A stretch of DNA of 46,465 bases from Chiloscyllium plagiosum (taxonomy: Eukaryota): positions 38,569,821-38,616,285 of the forward strand of contig NC_057718.1 in NCBI RefSeq assembly GCF_004010195.1, in the 5' to 3' direction. This document shows positions 24,447 through 37,470 of this stretch, one piece after another. Numbering within the stretch: position 1 is the first letter of the stretch; the number at the start of each line of letters is the position of its first letter. The notes under the pieces were generated by a model that saw only the letters and a program-made list of their open reading frames with translations, searched no databases and was not told the DNA's origin. A program made the position numbers and the translations under genes.

Positions 24447-25139
24447 GCCATGTGGTATTATCACTGGACCATTAATCCAGAGACCCAGGTAATGTTTGGG
24501 CACCTGGGTTTGAATCCTGCCCCAGTAGATGGTGGAATTTGAATTCAATAAAAATCTGGATAAGAGTCCAAACATGATTGTTTGGGGAAAAAAAACACCA
24601 TCTGGTTCAATAATGTCCTTTAGGAAAGAAAACTGCCATCCTTACCTGTTCCAGCGTACATGCAATGTGGTTGACACTTAAACTGACCCTTGGAAAATTA
24701 GGGATGGGCAATAAATGCTGGCCTCGTCAGTGATACACTCATCCTGTGACTGAATTAAAACAAAAAATGTTTCATACTTTGACATATACTATGCTGTTTT
24801 AAAAAGTTTTAAAATTAGCTAATTCTGAACAATAGTTCTTTTGAGACTTAGGGATAAATGATGATAATTACTTTCTAAAACTCAGAGTCTGTTCTTTAAG
24901 ATCCAACTATTTGATTATTTCTGAGATGTTTTGTGCAAATATTAGTGGTTGCAGCTAGGAATCTATATTGATAGGTTTCCATATTGCTTTGAGCGTCTAG
25001 ATTTGTTGTCATCTGGTGGGCGGGGTGGGCATAGCTCACTCACATTGGCTCTGCCCACCAGCTGCTCAGTAGAACCGCTCTTCTCATTTTAATAAACTTG
25101 ACTGCAGACTGAATTGCTTTAGTTAGTTTTCACCCTTCG

Positions 25140-25260
25140 ATGTCCACCTCTATAACCTGACCCTTTGTCTGAGGCACAGTGACTCTCAGGTTAAAATCAT
25201 CACCAGTTGTCTCTCTCTAATGAGAGCAGCTCTGTGGTCCTCTGGGATTATGGTAACTTT
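25140..25260 (+). repeat. decayed SINE-like 3' portion
   Basis: Related to 11670-11802. Confidence 0.4.
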
Positions 25261-25584
25261 TCTAGAATCAATAAATGGACTGGTTGTGCCCTAAGCGCTG
25301 TTACAGGCTTGTTTTCTGAAAAATTAGTGGGCTGTAACTTGATTTTTAACCCCAGAATAATGTCCGGACCTGCTTCATGCATCTCATCTCTTGTCAACTG
25401 AACCACTACATTATCTTTCATTGAAATTTAAAATGTGGGGCAATAGTGCCCCCATGTGGCTACTAAGTTCATGCTGTAATTCACTGCGGCTGTTCTCCCT
25501 CACCATCTGTTTGTTTGATATTTTCTTAGGGTTTAAACTTTTCAAAAAAGGATTCACTTTCTGGGTCAAAAACACAAGGGTGTT

Positions 25585-26143
25585 ATAGGAGTAAAAAAGT
25601 TTTACTGCAATTGCATACAGCCTTGGTAAGACTACACCTGAAGTATTAAGTGCAATTTTGGTCTCCTTTTTACAGGAAAGATATATTTGCCATAGAAGGG
25701 ATGCAATGAAGATTCAACATACGAATTCCCCAGGATACAAGGATTGCCCTAAGAGGAAATATTAAATAGACTGTGGTGATATTATCTGGAGTGTAGAAGA
25801 ATAAGAATGATTTCATTCAAATAATTATTTCTTTTTTGCAGTGATTACCAGGGTGGATGGAGGAAGGATGTTTCTCCGGCTGACGGGTCTAGAACTAGAA
25901 AGCACAATCTCAGAATAAAGAGCTGGCCATTTAGAACTGCCAGTCAAAACATGGTAGATCTTCAAATTCTCTGTTCAAAAGGGCTATGGAGGCTTAGTCA
26001 TTGAGCATGTCCAGGGTTGAGATAATTGTTTATATATTAAGAGTATCAAGAGACAGGAGCACAGGTCAGGGGAATGGTGTTGATGCAGAATATCAACCTT
26101 GATCACATTGAATGGTTGAGTGGCTGACTCCTATTTCTATTTC
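25585..26143 (+). mobile_element. old CR1 3' fragment
   Basis: GCCTTGGTAAGACTACACCTGAAGTAT (ALVRLHLKY, the CR1 LVRPHLEY motif) through a CR1-type tail. Confidence 0.75.
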
Positions 26144-26299
26144 TTTTGGGGTATTTTTGTGATTAATTGAGGAACCTGTTTACATTACCAGTATAATCAT
26201 GTTCATGTGTATTATCTTTGAACTGAGACAGTGATTTAGGCATCTTGGTCAGATTTTTGCTCAGGCCAGAGATAATCCCTTGACCACAGCTGTATTTCT

Positions 26300-26375
26300 C
26301 TGCATTTTTATAGCACATTTCATCATCTCAGGATGTCCTAAAGTGCTTTACACTAGTTAAATACTTTTGAAGTCA
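26300..26375 (-). repeat. L2-type SINE/LINE tail remnant
   Basis: Minus strand TGTAAAGCACTTTAGGACATCCTGAGATGATGAAATGTGCTATAAAAATGCA. Confidence 0.55.
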
Positions 26376-28304
26376 ATACAGTCCAGTGTGTGTTATTTAC
26401 ATTCAGAGTGCCAGCTTATCAGTCATGTTAGTTTGATGTAGAGAATTACTGAGGTAATATCAATCTGCATGCTGGGTCAAAAATGTTATGCTGGAGGACT
26501 GAACATTTTTAATTCTGGAGGTTATCCATGGCCCTACCTATTTTAATGCTCTGATGTCCCCACTCAATCTTTACTAGAGGATGCAGACAATTTTAATCTG
26601 CACTTCTATAAGGCAAATAACAGTCACAAAAAAGGGAGTCACATGGAGACTTACACAGAAGGCCTTGTTGGTTTCTGCAGTAAATGAAAGAGATAGCTGA
26701 ATTGAAGGGACCCTGAAAATATGCTAATTATGGAATTAATAATGCAGTGATTCAAAAAGTACTGTTGTTGAATAATGGAACCCGACTTTGCAGCCATAAT
26801 TTTTACATGTGATAAATTGCCCATCATAATGTTTTGTCAGGGAGAAAGATTTTCCATGCCAGAGGGGAGAAAACTGGATTTTAAATCCGTTCCTAGCAGT
26901 AGACTAGTCAGTTGTGGAACAGCTTTTGCCTAGGTAGCATGGGACAAAGTGAGAGATAATTCTGGGAAAAAAAAATCCAGAACTGAATTTCTCATCTAGG
27001 CATTCTTTCTGACAACTTCTGTTCAATCTGAATTGAATTCAAACTCTCTAACCTAGGTTCCATCAAAATCATATTTTTCTACTTCTGCTGGGAATGGAGA
27101 TACACCTGTATTGATTGAAATGGCGCTATGTGAATGAACTTTGCGACCCTTTAGTTGAATAAGGAGTCCTACAAATCTCAGATACATAGTTGCTCTGCAG
27201 GTATCTTATTTGATCTGCAGCATGATGAACCCGATTATTTCTCAGAGACTGAATGAAGCAACCTATAATGTGTGGCTGTGAACATTGAAGTCTCGACTCA
27301 CAATAACAAATCTGTCTGTTCTGAATCCTTTCCTGTCTCAAGTAGTAGTGTAAGTAGCGAGACAAATAACAGCAGTAAACTTGATCAAAAAATGCAGGTT
27401 ACCAGCAATAGTGCAAATAGAGTTGTTGAGCTTTAGACATGCAATGAAATGGTGAAAAATTCATATGCTGTGCTGCTTGGAAATGGCGTGCCCACTACAA
27501 TGCTACATTCCATGGCATAGTTCCAAGAACTGTTTTTATGTTAGCTTGTTAGCTTCTAATAACAATGATAGTCTTCTCATTGCACCATTCCCTATTTATT
27601 AAATAGGGAATTTGTAGCACAATGATGACACAATGAATATCTAGTAGGCATGAAACATTAGTTTGTATAAATAATGATCCCATAGAAACTGTTTTAAATT
27701 TTTTATTTCAAAATGCAAATAGCAGAGTGTGTCTCAGTTAATTTTACATTGTAAATGAGTAAAGCAGTATTTTTGTAATTCAGAGGATCTGTATAAAATA
27801 ATTAGTATTCCCCACCCAAACAGTCAGTTGTTGTTAATTTGCATGTTAAAAAGAAGCATCTTTACCAAATTTATATAATGGGTTTACATGGGCCAGTTGT
27901 ATTTCAATTCATTCAGAGCCAACCTTAGCTTCAAATTGTAAGCCTGAGGATGTTGATTTGAATTATGCATGCCTGCCTGAGTCACTGTTCCATTACCCTT
28001 CTAGATAGAGAATGCAAACACGCTCTGAATTTTAAATGTACTAAAGACTTGCAAAGTTAAAAATAGCCGAGTGCAAATTCAGCCTTCAATTCAAACCCTG
28101 TTAAACCACACTGTGATAAGTGATCATTTTTAAAAGCAGTTTGCACTCAGTGTCTGTTGACCTAGAAGAAAACCTGTTCATTTAAAAAAAAAAGTGAATT
28201 CTATGCTTGTTATGGAGAACAATGTTAATAATGAGAACTGACAAACTTTATATTTTGGGCACCAATGTAAATATCATTTACTCCCAAGTCAGACACCGTA
28301 TGAA

Positions 28305-28448
28305 GTAAAAATGGAAATGCTCAGCGGGTGAGGCAGCATCTGTTGGGAGAAGGTAGAGCTGATATTTGTGAACAGTTGTCGGGCCCTTTCTCCACAGATG
28401 TTGCTTGAGCTGTTGTGCATTTTTTCTGTTTTCTATTCAGTTTCCAAC
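28305..28448. repeat. degenerate inverted pair of family 3 arms
   Basis: GAAATGCTCAGC...GGCAGCATCTG followed by TCTCCACAGATGTTGC...GCATTTTTTCTGTTTT...CAGTTTCCA. Confidence 0.5.
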
Positions 28449-28535
28449 TTCAATATTTTATTTATTTGAGGATGTGGAATGTTTCCTGCATCCAGCCTCA
28501 AAATCTGCCACACCTTATTGTACAAATGTTGCTTG

Positions 28536-29471
28536 ACCATTTTCAAATTCTCAAATTGATTATTTTGGTGATTCCTTTGTGGATGTGTGCCAATTAGGTA
28601 AATTTGTGATGGGGTTTGTGCTGAGTTCTTGAGCACATACCAATTAGGAGCTGTCCAAGCATTTTCCCCATATCAATTAAATGTGAATATTGTTTTTTAT
28701 TGATGATAAAGCCTTGTTATTTACACAATTAAAGAACTTGAAAGTTGCACGTTGAAATTCCTGGTCTACTTCCACTGGATCTACTAACCATAATTGTAAT
28801 ATTATTTGCTTGTTCTGTTCTGAGGCTGCACGTAAGATTCCTCAAAATTGCAAAGCATTTCCCCTTATCTAGAGAAGACAAGGATGGATGGATTTCTAGT
28901 GTCAATTGTATAATCACTGTGATCATGCAGGTATTGATTTCTCAAGCTGCTTCACTCTTCAATAAAAGAAGATATCCTTAAGCTCAGAGGAAAATGATCA
29001 AAATCAATTCTTACTATAGAAGTGTGTTTAACTATTTAACATTTAACAGTTTAAGTGTTTAATATTTTGAAAAATACAGACATGCTGCAATAATAATCCA
29101 TGGATTATGCTGAGGACATTTTTTGTTCATTCTTGGGACGTGCAGCTGGCTAGCCATAATTTATTGCCCATCCTGGTTGCACTTGAGAAGGTGATGGTGC
29201 ATTGTCTTCTTGAACCATTGCAGTCCACATGCTGATGTTGACCCACAAAGCCATCAGGGAGGGAATTTTATGATTTTGGCCCAGCGACAGTGAAGGTATG
29301 GCAATATATTTCCAAGTCAGGATGGTGAGTGGCTTGGAGGGGAAATTGCATACCAGCTCATAATTGGTATGTGCTCAAGAACTCAGCACAAACCCCACCA
29401 CAAATTTACCTAATTGGCACACATCCACAAAGGAATCACCAAAATAATCAATTTGAGAATTTGAAAATGGT
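28536..29471. repeat. 118-bp inverted duplication (28536-28653 and 29354-29471)
   Basis: Direct comparison gives 116/118 identity; also visible as the peptide LKNSAQTP..IYLIGTHPQRNHQNNQFENLKMV on opposite strands. Confidence 0.93.
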
Positions 29472-29880
29472 ATTATTTCCATGTATCTGCTGTCCTTGTC
29501 CCGCTAGGTGGAAATGGTTATGGATTTGAAAGGTGCTGTCTAATGATGTTTGATGAACAGCTGCAGTGTATCTTGTAAATTATACACACTGCTATTACTG
29601 ACCGTAATTGGTGGCGGGAATGGATGTTTGTGGATGTAGTGCCAGTCAAGTGGGCTGCTTCGTCATGAATGGTGTGAAGCTTCTAAAGTGTTGTTTGAGC
29701 TGTACTCATCCAGGCAAATGTGAAGTATTCCATCACACTCCTGATCTGTGCCTTACAGAAGATGGGCATGCTTTGTGGAGTTAGTCAGTATTCCTAACCA
29801 ATGGCTTACTTTTATAGCCACTGAGGTTATGTGGTGAGTCCATTTGAGTTTCTGGTCAATGGTAACTCCAAGGATGTTAA
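29119..29880 (-). mobile_element. LINE 3' fragment (CR1/L2-related) sharing its tail with the SINE at 24203
   Basis: Minus strand encodes KAQIRSVMEYFTFAWMS; tail GGATGGGCAATAAAT...GAATGAACAAAAAA. Confidence 0.75.
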
Positions 29881-30043
29881 GGCATTGCCTGCCAGATAAT
29901 AAGTGCTTGTTGCATTAAAAAGCTTTCCTCATTCTGTCTTAGTTCTTTTGCCAATAAATTCAAATTGGTGTCCTCTAATTCTGCTAATGGGAGCAATTTC
30001 TCTCCATCTGTTCTGTCTAGGCCTCTCATAGTTTTGATCACCT

Positions 30044-30404
30044 TTAGAACATAGAACAATACAGCACAGAACAGGCCCTTCGGCCCACGATGTTGTGCCG
30101 ACATTCCAGGCAACATCCTGGTAAATCCCCTCTGCACCCTCTCCACAGCTTCCACATCTTTCCTAAAGTGAGGCGACCAGGACTGCACACAGTACTCCAA
30201 ATGTGGCCTTACCAAGGTCCTGTACAGTTGCAACATCACTTCACGCCTCTTGAATTCAATCCCTCTGCTAATGAACGCTAATACACCATAGGCCTTCTTA
30301 CAAGCTCTATCCACCTGAGTGGCAACTTTCAAAGACCTATGAACATAGACCCCAAGATCCCTCTGTTCCTCCACCTCACTAAGAACCCTACCGTTAACCC
30401 TGTA
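30044..30404 (-). mobile_element. young CR1 3' fragment with internal deletion
   Basis: QRDLGVYVHRSLK...LYRTLVRPHLEYCVQSWSP joined directly to the tail (TAGAACATAGAAC on +). Confidence 0.88.
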
Positions 30405-30471
30405 GAGAAATATTCTCTCACTTTTCTCTTCTCTAAGGAGGAACCTTAGCTTCGTCAATCTAGCCCCATAA

Positions 30472-33400
30472 ATGGCCTTTAGTAGAGTGATGCACTCTTC
30501 CTGTTGGATGTGGGTGATTGGGGAGAGTATCCACATTACTGATGATGATGTCTGCAGGAAGTGTGCTTGGCTGAGAACCCTATCGGATCATGTGGATCGG
30601 TTAGAGTGGCGGTTAGAGGCAATGAAGAATTTTATAGATGCTGGAGGTGTGATGGATGGCAGTTGTAGGAAGGGAGATAAACTGAAGATACAGTCAGGTA
30701 GATGGGTGACCTTGAGGAAAGGTAGGAGAGGGATGCAGGTAGAGCAGGATTCTTCTGTGGCTATCCCCATCTCAAACAAGTATGCGTTTTGGAAATGTAG
30801 CACTGACAGCCAGATTTCTGGGTACTGAGACAGGTTCTAATATAACAAGGGGTACACCAGGATCCAAGCAGTCAATTGTGATAGGGGACTCTGTAGTCAG
30901 AAGCACAGACAGAAGTTTCTGTGGCCGACAGCAAGACATCAAAATGGTGCGCTGCCTCCCTAGTACCAGGATCAAGGATGTCTCTGAGATCGTGCAGAAT
31001 ATTCTCAAAGGCTAGAGGAACCATCAGGAGGTTGTAGTACACACTGGAACCAATAACATAGGAAGAGATAAGGACAAGATTTTGAGGAGAGAATATAGGA
31101 AGTTAGGCAGGAATTTAAAATGGAAGTCCTCTAGGATAGTAATATCTGCATTACACTTGGTGCCACAAGCTGATGAGGGTAGAAATAGGAGGATAGAGCA
31201 GATGAATGTGTAGCTGAAGAGCTGGTGCAGGGAAGAAGAATTTACATTTTTAGATCATTGGAATCTCTTCTGGGGTAAAAGTGACCTGTATAAGAAGGAT
31301 GGATTGCACCTGAATTGTAAGGGTGCTAACATACTGTAGAGAGATTTAATGAGCTGCTCAGGAAGATTTAAACTAGTAAAGGTGGGGAGAGGGGGACCCA
31401 GGGACTTGGTGAGGAAAGTGATCATTCTGAGATTGGTACAGTTGGAAAAAGGAGTAAGTCAAACAGTCAGGGCAGGCAGGAACAAAGCACGGAACAAGGT
31501 AGGATTGATCAATTGAACTGTATTTATTTCAGCGCAAGAGGACTAACAGGCCTAAGGCAGAGAAACTAAGTGCATGGATGGGAACGTGGGACTGGGATAT
31601 AATTTACAGAGATGTGGCTCGGGAGGGGACATGACTGGCAGCTTAATGTTCCAGGGTGCAGATACTATAGGAAGAATAGAAAGGGGAGCAAGAGAGGAGG
31701 GGGAGTGGCGTTTTTGATAGAGGATAATATTACTGCTGTACTGAGGGAAATATTCCTGGGAATACATCCAGAGAAGTTATTTGGGTGGAACTGAGAAATA
31801 AGAAAGGGATGATCATCTTATTGGAATTGTACTATATAGTCCTAATAGTCAGCAGGAAATTGAGAAACAAATTTTTAGAGACATTTCAGTTATTTGTGAG
31901 AATAGTAGGGTGGTTATGGTAGGGGATTTTAATTTTCCAAACATACACTGGGCCTGCCATTGTGTAAGGGGCTTGAATGGAGACAAATTTGTTACATGTG
32001 CACAAGAAAATATTCTGATTCAATATGTGGATGTACCTACCAGGGAATGTATAAATCTTGTTATACTCTTGGGAAATAAGGCAGGGCAGATAACTGAGGT
32101 GTAAGTGGAGGAGTACTTTGGGGCAGTGACTATAATTCTATTAGTTTAAAATAGTGATGGAAAAGGATAGACCAGATCTAAAAGTTTCAAGTTTTAAATA
32201 GGAGGAAGGCCAATTTTGATGGTTTTAGGCAAGGACTTTCAAAAGTTAATTGTGGGTGATTTTCACAGGTAAAGCGATGGCTGGAAAATGGGAAGCCTTC
32301 AGAAATGAGATAACGAGTCCAGAATCAGTATGTTCCTGTTCTGGTGAAAGGCAAGGCTGGTAAGTGTAGGGAATGCTGGATGACTAGAGAAATTGATATT
32401 TTGGTCAAGAAAAAGAAGGAAGCATATGTCAGGTATATTCAGCAGTGATTGAGTAAATCCCTAGAAGACTGTAAAGGCAAAAGGAGGATACTTAAGAGAC
32501 AAATCAGGAGAGCAAAAAGGGGACATGAAATAGCTTTGACAAATAGGGTTAAGGAGAATCCAAAGGGATTCTACAAACACATTAAGGACCACAGGGTATC
32601 TAAGGAGAGAATAGGGCCCCTTAGAGAACAACAAGGCTATCTATGTTTGGAACCGCAGGAGATGGGGGAGATACTAAATAAGTATTTTGCATCAGTGTTT
32701 ATTGTGGAGAAGGACATGGAAGGTATAGAATGTGGGGAAAATAAATAGTGACATGTTAAAAAATGTTCATATTGCAGAGGAGGTGGTGCTGGATGTCTTA
32801 AAAAGCATAAAGGTGGATAAATCCGCAGGACCTGATCAGGTGTACCATAGAGCTCTGTGGGAAGTGAGGGAAGAGATTTCTGGGCCCCTTGCTGAGATAT
32901 TTGTATCATTGATAGCCATAGGTGAGGTGCTGGAAGACCGGAGATTGGCTAACGTTGTGCCATTGTTTAAGAAAGATGGTAAGGAAAAAGTAAGGAACTA
33001 TAGACCGGTGAGCCTGACATCTGTGGTGGGCAAGTTGTTGGAGGGAGTCCTGAGGGACAGGATTTAAATGTATTTGGAAAGGCAAGGACTGATTAGGGAT
33101 AATAAACATGGCTTTGAGCATGGGAAATCGTGTCTTGCAAACTTGACTGAGTTTTTTGAAGAAGTAACAAAGAGGATTGATGAGGGCAGAGCATTGGATG
33201 TAACCTATATGAACTTCAGTAAGGCATTAGACAAGGTTCCTCATGGTATGCTCATTAGCAAGATTAGATCACACGGAATACAGGGAGAAATAGCTTTTTG
33301 AATACAGAACTAGCTCGAAGGTAGAAGACAGAGGGTGGTGGTGGAGGTGGAGAGTTGCTTTTCAGACTGGAGGTGTGCCACAAGATTTGGTGCTGGGACC

Positions 33401-34377
33401 ACTGCTGTTTGTAATTTATGTAAAGGATTTGGATGTGAACTTGGGAGGTATAGTTAGTAAATTTGCAGATGTCGCTAAAATTGGAGGTGGTAGTGGACAG
33501 TGAAAAAGGTTACCTCAGAGCACAACAGGGTCTTGATCAGATGGGCCAATGGGCATATGAGTGGCAGATAGAGTTTAATTTAGGTAAATGTGAGGTGCTA
33601 CGTTTTAGAAAGGCAAATCAGGGCATGACTTAGACACTTAATGGTAAGGTCCTTGGGAGTGTTGCTGAAAAAAGGAGACCTTGGAGTGCAGTTTCATGGT
33701 TCATTGAAAGTGAAGTCACTGGTAGATAGGATAGTGAAGAAGGTGATTGATATGCTTGCCTTTATTGATCAGTACATTGAGTATACGATTTGGGAAGTCA
33801 TGTTGTGGCTGTATAGGACATTGGTTCAGCCACCTTTGGAGTAGTGTGTGCCGTTCTGGTCTCCCTGCTATAGGAAGGATGTTGTGAAACTTGAAAGGGT
33901 TCAGAAAATTTTACAAAAATGTCAGGGTTGGAGGGTTTGAGGTATAGGGAGAAGCTGAATAGGCTGGGCCTATTTTCCCTGGAGCCTCAGAGGCTGGGGA
34001 GTGACTTTGTAGAGGTTTATAAAATCATGAGAGGCATGGATAGGGTAAATAGGCAAAGTGTTTTCCCTAGGGTGGGGGAATCCAAAACTGCAGGGCATAG
34101 GTTTAAGGTGAGAAGGAAAAGATGTAAAACGGACCTAAGGGACAACTATTTCATGCAGAGGGTGGTGCCTGTATGGAATGAGCTGCCAGAGGAAGTGGTG
34201 GAAACTGGTACAATAACAACATTTAAAGAGCATCTGGATGGGTATATGAATAGGAAGGGTTTAGATGGATGTGGGCCAAATGCTGGCAAATGTGACTAGA
34301 TTTATATAGGATATCTAGTCAGCATGGACGAGTTGGACCAAAGTGTCTGTTTCCCAACTGTACATCTCTGTGACTCT
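30472..34377 (+). mobile_element. near full-length CR1 LINE, inactivated (ORF1 zinc finger/esterase; ORF2 APE-RT)
   Basis: ORF1 MAFSRVMHSSCWMW...VCRKC and IVIGDSVVR; ORF2 GGGVAFLI, MVGDFNFP, NYRPVSLTS, KALDKVPH; tail CTCTGTGACTCT; ATAA at 30468-30471 and 34378-34381. Many stops and frameshifts. Confidence 0.95.
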
Positions 34378-37117
34378 ATAACTGAAGTCTGTCATACATA
34401 CAGCTATTCTATTATTTTTCTGACTCTTTCCAAAGCTTTCATTACCTCCCTAACGTGCGATATTCAGAATTGGACACAGTACTCCAGTTGATGCCTCTAT
34501 TTTAAAAACCCAGGATTCCATGTGTCTTTTTATATACTTCCTCATTCTGCCTTGCAATCTTTAATGATTTGTGCCTATTCAGCTCTGGTCTCTCTGTTTT
34601 TGTACTCTCTTTTGAGTTGTTTCCTTTTGTTTATATTATTTAATACCAATACGCATATAATATGTGTCTCTTCACACATAGCTGTGTTAAATGTCATGTA
34701 TCAGCTGTTCCATGAGTCTGTCAGTATCTTCCTCACAGTTCTTGCAAGTTTTATGTCATCTGCAAAATTTGAAGTTATGCCCTGTACACCAAGTCTTAGC
34801 CATTATTAAATATCTATAAAAGCAGTGGTCCTGGTACCATTAATTGCAAGCATAACAATGTACTTCCCTACAGTCTGAAGAACTGCCAGACACCACAACT
34901 CCCTATTTCTTGTCACTTAATTAATATTGTATTCATACTGCCACAGTTCTTTTTATTCCATGGGCTTTATTTTACCTTGTTGGCCAGCCTATCCTTGCAT
35001 GTCTTAACTAACGCCTGTTGGAGGTCCATATATATTTCACCGTCATCCACTGTTATCTCATTGAAAAACTAAGCCGAGTTAATTAAACACAATTGACTGT
35101 CAATGAATGTATAATGACTTCCTTTAATCCACATTTGTCTAAGTGATTTTAAATTTGGTCTGAATGACTATTTCATAAATCTTTCTTGCTGCCAAAGTTC
35201 AATAAAGCTTCTCCTGGCGTCACTTTTTTGAATAAATGTGTATCATTTGCAGTTCTCTAGTTCTCAAAAACTTTTGTCATATTCCATACTTAGGTCTCCA
35301 GTTTGGTTCCTGTCCTGCCCCACCTCTGATTTATTATCTTTTGTTATTCATTAACTTATCAAAAATGTTATATTTCATTTTACGTTGACTTCCAGTATTC
35401 TGTCATGCAGTTAGATTTTCCTAAAACTATGGAGGTGACCTATGATTTCTCTGTGCTTCAAAATACTTTTTGTTAGTATCTCTATCTTCTTTACAGTAAC
35501 CAAACCAATTTTCTCTTTGACTCTTTCAGGACATCTCTAACATGGTAATACTTTTCCTAATTCTTTCCTTCCTTATCCTTCTGGAACAGCTTTCATCCAG
35601 GGATATTTAGTACCCATTCCTACCCTTTTTACATCCAAGTTTCCTTTATTATTACAACATTAAAATTCCAAGTGGAATTTTGCAGCTGTATTTCACCAAT
35701 TTTATTTACCACACTTTGCACATTTACAAATATGGATTGTAAACCTAATTGTAGGCTTTCCTGTATTGTCTCTTTGTAAATGTGATGAGTTACGACAACT
35801 AGGAAAACTGACTGGAGTGGGCTAGATGTTTGGTCAAAACTCAAATTAATTATGTTCTTGATGACCAGAGAATAGAGAAAAAAGTACAGCATAATTTATG
35901 TATTGGCAGTTTGACAAAATAAGTCTGGAATATTTAAAAGGAGCTATTTAGAATTGCAAAATGGATGAGGTGTATAAGAGAGTGACAAAGAAGGGTGAAA
36001 TTGAGGTATTCTTTGTTTATTTTGTAACGTTTTGTAATGAACATTTATTTCAAACAAGACTAAAATCAACTTAGATATTAATTGCATTATGATATCATTC
36101 TTTACAAATGTAAACAAATGTAAGTATTTAACAAAGAATTTCTAAACATTATAGTATCAATTCTTTGTCTTTCTGAACTCCATGAATGTGAATATATAAA
36201 AATCTTTTTATTTATCTTAGTACGCACGTAAACTATATCAGTACAAAATTGAGGGACTGTATCATGGTTCATTTTCTCTTAGGGTGAAATTTGGATGACA
36301 TTGCTCAACTTGAAATGCCTGGACTTCCCATTTTGTGTTAGGTTATTCAGCTACTTTTAACAGAAATTGGGATGCATGCATGACAGTGAATATGGACAAA
36401 GTATGGACAAGGGTGCCAGTTGGTAACCAAGATGTAAGCATTGTCCAATTAACAAATACCTGAGGGATTCACAGGCACTACTCCATTTACAGCATCTTTT
36501 GTACTTGAATTATCAAAACTAAATTCAAAATATTGTATTTTACCACATTAAACATAAATTTGCAGGCTAAAAATACTACTTTTTGCAAATAATAATGTGA
36601 AAACATAAATAGAAAATGTTATTGGTTGTTTTTGTTATGCTTGTTGCAGGGCTTCAGAGGAAAAAGCACCTCTCTCATCCTGCACCAAAGCCTTCAGAGT
36701 GGCATTGATGAACCTATGGGCTAATTTTCTAGCCTGTTGTGCCATTTCTAATTTTTCTGCTCAGAAACCCTTCTTGAATCACTACCAGCCAGAATGCACT
36801 GCATCATTAAAAGGCTAGCCTTAAGTGCTACCAGCTTACACAAACTTGTGCCCTCTCCTGAGGTGTGTGGCCACTTAGCTACATGCTTAGCACTGGACTT
36901 TGTGCCATTATCATTTAACTTAGCAGCAGATTAAATTTGTATGCTGTCTGAATCACTATAGTTAGGCACTAGTTGTTTCCACTCTGCAATTCTAACCTGA
37001 TCCAATTTCCCCCCTCTAAATATTTTTAAAAGAAATTCATTTTGTGCCAACGGATTCTTAGATATATAGAATGTAAACAGAATGTAAACACAGGGGTTCA
37101 GTCCTTTCATATAATTA

Positions 37118-37470
37118 AAAGCAAAGTACTGCAGTTGTTGGAGATCTCATAAAAACAGAAATGTGTCTTTCTGCATGGTTTTGCTCTCGACAGAGCTGAC
37201 TTATCTTCTCCTATTAACACCTACAATTCTTACATACCCTTCATCTATTTTGTTGCCCTATTACTAGTAACACTCTTCTTTACCTTTTGTTTGGTGTCCT
37301 TTTTCCATCTACTTGCTCCTCGCTCCTTTTTATAAAACTCCAAACTTTTAAGCCATTTTAGTCCTGAAAAAGAGTCTTTCGGACTTGAAACTATAACACT
37401 GTTTCTCTCTGCACAGATTCTGCCAAACCTGCTGAATTTCCTCATCATTTGTTTTCGTTTCATATCTTTC
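37118..37470 (+). repeat. decayed family 3 PLE-derived element
   Basis: CTGAAAA-A-GAGTC-TTTCG-GACTT-GAAAC at 37364-37391 followed by the family 3 arm; short inverted terminus near 37118-37163. Confidence 0.55.

Larger units (their letters stand above)
24203..24767 (+). mobile_element. tRNA-derived SINE interrupted by a fold-back element
   Basis: B box GGTTTGAATCC at about 24507-24517; tail GGATGGGCAATAAATGCTGGCC...TGAATTAAAACAAAAAA shared with the LINE end at 29119-29185. Confidence 0.75.
29885..35760 (-). mobile_element. old CR1 host split by two younger CR1 insertions
   Basis: Pieces about 29885-30043, 30405-30471 and 34378-35760 join collinearly (...CCCCATAA|CTGAAGTC...CAGAATTGGACACAGTACTCCAG); endonuclease-like FVNVQSVVNK near 35720. 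Confidence 0.6.

Noticed and set aside
29877..30536. 219-aa ORF as a chimeric gene
   Set aside because: Chance read-through across three adjacent CR1 pieces.
36630..36820. Extra SYT14 exon after TTGTTGCAG
   Set aside because: The phase-compatible frame hits TGA after about 19 codons and shows no SYT14 similarity.
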